Part shown: positions 56,431 through 64,000 of the stretch, piece by piece | Layout of the letters: every line of letters starts with the position of its first letter | Numbering within the stretch: the first letter of the stretch is position 1 | NCBI GenBank assembly: GCA_976226885.1 | Contig: OZ320314.1 | Coordinates: 63,240,001-63,304,000, forward strand | Direction: 5' to 3' | Source: Iphione sp. A-MEVVRFRX5 | Lineage: Eukaryota | Length of the DNA stretch: 64,000 nucleotides | The notes under the pieces: model-generated | The model's input: only the letters and a program-made list of their open reading frames with translations | Told to the model about the DNA's origin: nothing | Database searches by the model: none | Made by a program: the position numbers and the translations under genes

Positions 56431-56950
56431 AGCTCAGGAAGAGAAGAGGATTTTCCCCTGAGTAAGACAAATATATTGGATCGACTGAAATATGTAGAAT
56501 TGAACATGGGAGGTGGACCAGACAGTCCCAGTAATAGCAATGATGATGATATAGCATTGGCAGCCATCCACAGACGGCAATCAGTGAAAGGACAGGAGAT
56601 GACCCCAGAAATACCTGATGTCGACAAAACAAAAGCAGGAATACCGGATGAGATTGATTTGACCACAACAAAGTCTGTTTTAGAATTTTTGACTTATTTT
56701 TTTCACCCTACAACTCATGTTAGAAGTGGTAGGAAGATCAAATGCCTATGCAGGGAAGCATAGAATAAAAAGAATAAATCCATGCTTTATCCTATAGAAA
56801 TGAGTCATCTGATATCACTCGTATTGCTATTGTATTTTTCAGATGAACTGCCTTTACCAACACCGATAAGACAGCTAATAAAGATTCCGCAGACGGTGGA
56901 AACGCACCCTGGGCGAACCCAAAAATAAAGGTGTCTTGCTTGATTGGCTC
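56431..56950 (+). pseudogene. Possible internally deleted piggyBac transposase remnant
   Basis: Acidic segment then AGIP...SVLEFLTYFF, resembling the piggyBac N-terminal P.GP...SPL.FF.LFF pattern; weak. Confidence 0.3.
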
Positions 56951-57561
56951 TTTCAATCAGATTGCCTCTCCAATCTACAGATTCCATAGGGACGTGGCAG
57001 TGTAGGAGTCAGTAGTAAAACATAAGAGCAGATGTACCTTTCTATATAACATGCTGAAAAAAACAACAAAATTGAAACGGACACTCTAATGTTGGCTGCT
57101 CGCAGAAAGTGTTGCAAGTGAGCAGAGAGACACCATGATCAGGGGAGAATTTTTTCCCCAATAAAATCATCACAAGAGAAAAACTAATGGACCGATCGCT
57201 GAATGTTGCAGTAGCTGGTAGTGCGGACGTAACTTTTACGACATTGTCTCAATGTTAAGCGATCTGATTGGTCGATTCACGTCATGACGTATTAATTTGC
57301 AAAAGTACATCTGCACTACCCGCTACTTCAACCGCTGGCGATAGGCTCATTGGGTCATCTTGTATCTGACTACGGAATTCCTCTCCAATCTCAAAGAATG
57401 TTATCGGGTTTGTCTCCAGGAGACTTCATAGCATTTTACTATATATGTTAGATGCTGACTACCGTGCTATACCTTTTGATGATCTATGCATTATCTTTTA
57501 AGATTCTGAATGATCTGTTAATATCCTTCAACTAACATATAAGCAAGTTTATCAGTTTTTA

Positions 57562-57900
57562 TTGGAAGATATTTCAAAAACTCCCAGTGCACAAAATTTC
57601 TGGTATGAAGAGTTACCTGAGCTTACATCTGAAGAGGTCTGTTGGGACCACTGGTATCAAATTCCTTATAAATGTTGTAAATCTACCAAATTTCAGGCCT
57701 TTTATTTCAAACTTATTTATCGTATTTTACCATGTAACAGGTATTTGCATAGGATTAAGGTAAAACCCTCTGGCAAGTGGGACTTTTGGGATGAGTAAGA
57801 TAAGATACCCTTTCTCATTATTTTGTTTATTGTCCTTGTACTTCCCAACTATGGCAACATCTTTTTCATTGGTGGAATGGACCCGTCGAATAAGAAAAAT
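57562..57900 (+). pseudogene. 3' fragment of an L1/Tx1-clade LINE ORF2
   Basis: WYQIPYKCCKSTKFQAFYFKLIYRILPCNRYL resembles the zf-RVT-adjacent region of Tx1 ORF2; cysteines decayed. Confidence 0.55.
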
Positions 57901-59638
57901 TAACACCAGGTGGCGGTAGTGAATATGACCTATATACTCTAGACCTCGGCAAGGGTTTACAGTCTCTACCAAATCCTATGTAAAATGTGTCACTTTGACC
58001 TGTTGCAGCTCACTTATTTCTTCACACAAATCTCTCAAAATTTGAACAAATAATCTTTGATACCTTATCTATATATATGCTAAACCATTTGTTCCTACCT
58101 TGCATAGTTTTGTCATAGTGACCAGAGAAAGATCACCCTCTTTCTTCTAATATGTCAGCTAAGCCATGTGGCAATGTTTGCCGAGGGAGGCCTTTCAGTG
58201 CGCATGCGCTGAGCTCAAGTTGCTATGGGAACAGACCACACCCCTTTTGAAAGGGCAAAAAATACCTCGTAGTAACTCAAAAATCGAAGGGTCCATTCAG
58301 TATCTAATGTCCAGGTAGATTTTCTCACCACTTTGTTTTCTCACCACAGTTGTTACTATTTGGTATCACTTCACCTGTCCCTTATAAATCTGTACGTACT
58401 GATAACTACTAAATTCTATATCATGAGACAAAATTTATTTTATGATGGGAGGCTTTCTTTCGTTGGTTGGTTATGTGAGATGAAACCACTGATTTTCATT
58501 GAAAGATGTGTAGCTACCAACAATAATCAACTTAAGGTGGCCAAAGTGTTGACGATGATATTAGACCATATGTAATTTCTCTCCCCTCCGCCTTTTTTTT
58601 AAAAAAGAAGAAAAACTAAATAGAGAAAGCTATTGCCTATTGTATAAATCACCATTCCTTGAAATATGATAGTTTTTCATTCTTTATAAAAGCCAATATA
58701 CTCTTTTTCTATAGGCTGCCTCGCAGATCGATCCTACTTTAGCATTACCTGTCCAGCATATGGCCAGACGTGACGAGAGAGCCGCTGACCGCCTACGGGA
58801 CCAAAAATATGACGTGCTGTCACACAGAATATTGGCCTCAGTAGCAAAACACCTCCTTGACCATGACATAACGTTGAACCTTTCACCCGTCCCCATGAAG
58901 TGCAAGCGTCAAAGGATATAACTTTGTAAACGGCACAATAGTATAGGGGAATTTTTTTTGTCGCCATAGTATAGGGGCTAGCCGAGTATAAAATTAGCAT
59001 AACTGTGTCCTTTTCCGTGCCACAGGCATAGGTCTTGTCTGCTTGAAAAACAAAATCCTCTCGAAACGAAATTTTTAGCTGCGGCTATCGCTACGTACGT
59101 TCCTAAAGATCGCAATGTCAAAGTGATTACTATCTGTCGGCAATGCTCAACAGTCTGAAAGTAAAAGAGATATTCAAGAAAAGCAGTACAGTACGGAAAT
59201 TCTTACGTTTCGTGTCCGTGTAATCGATCGTATCCTCGCATGATGTCGACAAAACAACAAAATTTTCAACTTCTGAATGAAGCTACGACGGCCATGCTCT
59301 GCAACGACTGCTCTGCTCTGCAACGCTCTGCTCTGCAACGACAGCTCTGACGTCAAAAAGGCTTTAAAAAAATGTAACACACCTACCACTTCTTCAAGTT
59401 CTTGCATAGTCGCACATCAGTCTAGAGGCCGGGTGCCCCGTTTATCAGTGTTCTCAGTCTGATATCATGTTTTCTGATATCAGGTTAATGTTTGTACGAG
59501 GCTATCCCTCTTGCATGGTCGCACCGGAGCCTTCTGACAGATTTTGTATAGCCACGTATCACACATCATGAATCTCTGATACCGGTACCAGGCTCCAACT
59601 TTGTAGGCCTACTTATGTAATGTGAGATTGCGGAGCAG

Positions 59639-59936
59639 GTCTAGTTTAGCAGCCTACCCCCTGCTATTTTGGATTTTTTTGCACATGGGCAGTACTATTT
59701 TACCATGACGTTGACTATGACAACTAGCATTCAATTTCATTTTAAATCTATTTAATGGAATAATGCTAACCCTATCCCTAACCCTAACCTCTTTTTTTTT
59801 GATTTTATGAAGCCAACACTAACCCTGATTTCAAATTTATTTCTCTAAATTTTCGGGGCTTTGCCCCCGAGCCATAACCCCCTTGATTATGTCAGGACAG
59901 CCATCTTGAATTCAGGGGTAGGCCGCTAAACTAGAC
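59639..59936. mobile_element. MITE with about 22-bp TIRs and internal CCCTAA repeats
   Basis: GTCTAGTTTAGCAGCCTACCCC vs GGGGTAGGCCGCTAAACTAGAC. Confidence 0.65.
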
Positions 59937-60662
59937 TAGTCCTGAGATTACCTACATAGCGAGGGGCTTAACCCCTTCTGGACCGGTAAAACGCGTTATG
60001 TCAGTAACATGTAACGTGGTTACGGTGTGCTTTCTTTAACTATTTCACTTTCCCATGTTCAATAGACATAAATAATATATCATATGAAAGATGAAGGAAA
60101 GGGCCCTTTATCTATATCTTTTTTAAAAACTAGAATTTCTTCCTTCATTGAGAATTTGGTAAGATAGCGTTCGCGTGAAATTCTGTGACGCACAGCGGAA
60201 AACCTTACATTTGGGGAAAACCTTGAAAAGGTGTTTGAAATATCTCTTTTTCGAGCATATCACCAGTGGACGAAATATAGCTGAAGTGTTTCTGTACAAT
60301 TTGGTATATAATTTATATTGATCTTACTTGGTTTTGTGGCACACACATTCGTCGCAACGCAGCACCTTTGTTGTCGATGGGAACACTTTTGGCCACTATT
60401 AACAGATGGCAGCACTACCTATTGAACGGTTATTTTAAAGTGTCCAAAATATTAAAAATCATACCAATTTAAGTTAGTTTTTAAAGTGTCAATATATTTT
60501 TTGGCATCTAACTTAGAAAATAGTACAAATGTTAAAAATATGACTAAAAAAAAGGGGAAAGATGCAGGATGGGTATACCTAGTTGCTTCCGTCAGGGACG
60601 TAGCACGTGGTCGCAGTCATCATCGGAGAAGGTTTTAAAGTTGGTTTTTGAGGTTTTCAACG

Positions 60663-62007
60663 ATGGATGAACTGATAGAAGCCTTCCACAGGAAAGGGTA
60701 AGTGGTATAGATCATCTATAAAGCGAGATATAATGCTATTTCATTGCATACCCTATGGAAAAATGATGTTTTCCTTTGACCGTTATGAGCGGCACTGAAT
60801 ATTGGAATGGCGGTAGACGTGCGTGGTGCCTGGTTGTAATTTCTTTGAACATGCAGAATGGCTATAAATTGACATTTACTGAATGATAAATATAATGTGC
60901 TTATTTGATTTCCATTAAGTGCAGCATTCAATGTAAACAGCCATGTTATGTTTTATTTTTTTTGTCTGTTGACAGATTAGCAGTGCCCATGGCATTGCTG
61001 TCCATAATTCAGAGGAGTCCTGAAAGGAAAGCAGTCTACCGAAAATTATGGGCTGCTGCAAAAGTCAGTATTTCTATGGATGTATGTGTTGCTGTAGTGA
61101 ATTTTCTCTAATTCTAAAAATAGGAAGCAACTATGTAAAAATTCAGCATTGATTTTAACCCAATGGAGCCGGCATGTATCCCTGAGGATACAGCATATAT
61201 GCCGGGCTGTATCCTAAGGGATACATCCATATGGTGACGGGGCGTATCCCTGAGGATACGCACACTGATATAGACAGTCTTTCATATTGAATAAAAATTA
61301 TAAAATTTAAGTAGAGAATAAGGGATAATTATAGTAAATTAATAAGAATAATCATATTCTTGATACATATATTCACAATTAATACAATTTAACCCTTTAT
61401 TACATTAATTTTCTGTCAAAAGTTTACTTAAAGATGTATATTTGCTCATAAACCCCCCCCCCCCGGCCTCAAAAGGTATTGAAATAATGATACACCCCAG
61501 CATTAATGTCCCCCTCCCTCACAAGGGGACCGGCGTTAAAGGGTTAAGAATAATAATCCATATATGTTGAAATTTGTACTACTTATATTAAGGAATTACA
61601 TTGTGAGTCTTTTTTACTTTCCCAAATCAAGTTTGGATCCAACATCGGGGGCGATGCCAAGACTTACACCTTCCCAATTGAATTGAGAAACGCTGTACGT
61701 GAGGTTTTTCCCGATGAGCCTTGTGGAGCCTTCGATGATCAATATGAGCATGATGAGTCGGTGAGTATTACATCACAGTGCTGATTTTGTATATTATATG
61801 AAGCTTGATGTAAATGGGGTATTATTGAAACAAATAGAAGAAATATTCTGATATGGGAATTACTTCAAATGTTTTCATTGTTTTTATTGCTGCATCAAAA
61901 TTGCAAAATTTGCAGAAGTAATATTTCACTGGATATGTGTTGTATTGCAGGTGTATCATATCACTCTCGAAGAGCTGGCAGCACTGAACTATGGTCGGCG
62001 CGTCTGA
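60663..62007 (+). CDS. Small 4-exon ORF (about 102-108 aa) convergent with the piggyBac transposase; exons 60663-60697, 60976-61063 (or 61081), 61632-61760, 61951-62007
   Basis: All three GT-AG introns are phase-consistent; ACGATGG start context; AATAAA at 62126-62131. Confidence 0.6.
61159..61543. mobile_element. Non-autonomous piggyBac-type MITE in intron 2 of the small gene
   Basis: TTAA|CCC...GCCGG and CCGGCGTTAAAGGG|TTAA ends; internal GTATCC-NNNN-GGATAC palindromes. Confidence 0.6.
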
Positions 62008-62225
62008 AAAGCGACCCACACCTCAAGTATGCACCTGCCGTGGATTCTCCTAACTGGAAAAGGAGGGAGCATATTTTAGTTGTAGCAGGCACATTTCCCT
62101 TAGTATCAGTAAGGTTTTCTTTCTCAATAAAGTTAATTGATTTATGAACATCTCGGTATTTATATCTTATTGCCACAACGAAATATCTTGGTTATATGTT
62201 TTGAATTCTTGATCATATAAAAAAA

Positions 62226-62951
62226 TTACCTTCTCCTGTATTCATCAAACTGAGGAGAATGCCATGTCTTGTAGCAATTCCTGTCAACTTTCAAGCAGAG
62301 GTTAACTCTGCAACTTGGCTCTGGACACCACCATGGGGTTTTTTGTTCTTTCTTCAATAATGTGTAGCAAACATAGCAGTTGCGGCGGCCTCCAGAAGGA
62401 ACAGGCATGTGTGATATGCAATAGTCCTTCTTCTCCAGCAGTTGTCGAGGGAGTTGAAATAGAGGGTGTTCTTCATCCTCAGATATATTCGCCAACTGTC
62501 GCACAAGTTCCTCTCGGAAGGCTAGATGGCTGTATCCTGCAGGTCTGTTAAGTCTCTCATCACCTGGATGTGCTGCACGCCAAGCTTCAAACATGATGTA
62601 TGAGTTGAGTATTGCCATGTCCAGAATGTGGAAGAAAAGCACCTTCCACCAACGTACAGACTTCAACAAGATGCAGTACCTCTTGAGAAGTTGATCTGAC
62701 AAATCTACGCCGCCCATGAAATGGTTGTAGTCATGGACGGCGGTAGGTTTCCTGGTTGTGACTTGGTGGTACTGCCGTTGATTATTCTTTACTGTTCTTG
62801 TGGTATTCACATAGTCGTTTGCAGAGTGGTATGTAGAACACACACACACAGGCTTGCGATCTATCCACTGCAGGCACAAAATACCATCGACCCTCTTCCA
62901 GCGCATGTCACCTCTAGCATGTTGTTTGACCCAGGACTTGTCTTTCATGCA
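62226..62951 (-). CDS. piggyBac transposase (PGBD4-like), last exon with third catalytic Asp and Cys-rich domain
   Basis: Acceptor TATAG at 62952; WIDRKPV, YNHFMGGVDLSDQ, WWKVLFFH, CYVC...CPEPSC...C...C. Confidence 0.9.
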   Translation of the reverse strand, partial: CMKDKSWVKQHARGDMRWKRVDGILCLQWIDRKPVCVCSTYHSANDYVNTTRTVKNNQRQYHQVTTRKPTAVHDYNHFMGGVDLSDQLLKRYCILLKSVRWWKVLFFHILDMAILNSYIMFEAWRAAHPGDERLNRPAGYSHLAFREELVRQLANISEDEEHPLFQLPRQLLEKKDYCISHMPVPSGGRRNCYVCYTLLKKEQKTPWWCPEPSCRVNLCLKVDRNCYKTWHSPQFDEYRRR

Positions 62952-63110
62952 CTATATAGATAGAAAATTAACCATTTAAATGTGTGTCCTTCAAATCATC
63001 TAAATAATACTTATTGAAGTGTTAAAAGCTAATGTTGTGCAGCAATTACTGAACAATAATTTCACTGATGAAATACAAATTTGCACTTAGGAAAAAAAAA
63101 AGTTTCTTAC

Positions 63111-63315
63111 CACTGGAAAACCTCGGCGTGTTTGAAGAGTGGTCCCACATGCACTGAAGCCATTCTCCTTTAGAAACTGAAGCAGAGGTAATGATGTAAA
63201 GAAATTGTCAAAGAAGATAGAGAATCCTTGATGACGCAACCGCTCCACAAGTCCGACAACCACATCATAACCCAATCCATGATTGCTTGCTCGTTGCTCT
63301 TTACCGGTGTAGACT
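63111..63315 (-). CDS. piggyBac transposase, middle exon with second catalytic Asp
   Basis: VYTGK, FFDNFFTS, ACGT, RRGFP; acceptor TGCAG at 63316, donor GTAAGA at 63110. Confidence 0.9.
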
Positions 63316-63536
63316 CTGCATGACAAGAATGACTGGTCAGAGGAAAGGCTATAACACATAAGTATGCATTACACACTGTATAACATATCTGTAAATACTT
63401 GCCGCTAAGACATAATGTTATCTCAGTATCTTGATGGAATTACAACTTATTAAATATCAAGACAGACAACTTCACTTACGTCACCTATATACATCGAGAG
63501 CAGCAACCAAACTGACAGGTGATATTTAGTACTCAC

Positions 63537-63809
63537 TTAAAATTGACAGTGTATCCAGTCTTGGCCTCGCATGCACACCACAATTTGAAACCAAAACGGG
63601 CCGGTTTGTTGGGAATAAATTGTTTCAGGGAAGTTCTCCCCTTGAACTTCACCATCCGTTCATCAACAGATAATTCTCTTTGTGGGTGGTAGACAGAAGC
63701 ACATGCCATCCGAATCATCTCCAGAAGTGGTCTGATTTTAGTCAATTTGTCATCCTTCTTCTCTTCACTGGGATCGGTGATGTGTAGCATCCCAAGAATA
63801 GATTTGAAT
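63537..63809 (-). CDS. piggyBac transposase, exon with first catalytic Asp
   Basis: FKSILGMLH, KIRPLL, SVDERMVKFKGR, KPARFGFKLW; donor GTGAGT at 63536; acceptor CACCAG at 63810; upstream exons lie outside the window. Confidence 0.9.
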
Positions 63810-64000
63810 CTGGTGAAATGAGATGAAGTATGAGGGCCTTCTTTAGAGGGTTAACATGGAAATCATTTTTCTTCAACAAAATTTAAAGATGTGATGCACA
63901 TGCTTAATGTAATATTGCCATTGCCTTATGTCAAATCCTCTCCTCATAGAAATTCATTATCAGATTACAATGACCATGCATGTCAGTGGAAATAACAGGG

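Larger units (their letters stand above)
59972..64000 (-). mobile_element. Probable piggyBac element (left end here, right end beyond the window)
   Basis: TTAA|CCCCTTCTGGACCGG at 59968-59986; spliced transposase at 62226-63809; opposite TIR not in the window, so the boundary is unconfirmed. Confidence 0.55.

Noticed and set aside
59410-59560. snRNA (U2-like) or tRNA gene
   Set aside because: Only short incidental similarity; no full-length match, Sm site or cloverleaf recognisable.
59765-59790. Telomeric repeat / chromosome end
   Set aside because: Only 2-3 CCCTAA units, inside a TIR-bounded MITE.

Overview
Transposon-dense, AT-rich genomic DNA from an animal, probably an aquatic invertebrate (spliceosomal introns, tRNA-primed LTR elements); the species cannot be determined from sequence alone. 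Left to right: (1) a young Mag-like Ty3/Gypsy LTR element (277-8690, minus) encoding only gag plus protease, with an intact Ngaro-type tyrosine-recombinase retrotransposon (1461-5823) inserted in gag; (2) an apparently near full-length three-ORF CR1/L2-group LINE (about 10148-17140, minus): ORF1 of coiled coil + RRM fused to a NADAR domain, a separate SGNH-esterase ORF, and APE-RT ORF2, with a probable solo LTR in its 3' UTR; (3) a 4-exon host gene for a DUF1647 type II membrane protein (20640-28968, minus) with a decayed DIRS1 element in its last intron; (4) several MITEs; (5) an old LINE split by a very young 12-kb Ty3/Gypsy element (35573-47558, plus); (6) decayed DDE transposases and an L1/Tx1 fragment; (7) an intron-containing piggyBac transposase running off the right edge, facing a small 4-exon ORF. 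The best candidate for an undescribed system is the 12-kb Gypsy element. Between pol and the 3' LTR it carries two divergent accessory genes: a spliced antisense gene and a two-C2H2-finger protein with an acidic Pro-rich region. They are separated by an array of the same 14-bp palindrome that is tandemly repeated in the LTR U3, and an array of covarying hairpins follows, an architecture reminiscent of complex retroviruses. The NADAR-bearing three-ORF LINE is the second candidate. All calls come from manual motif reading; no database searches were run.
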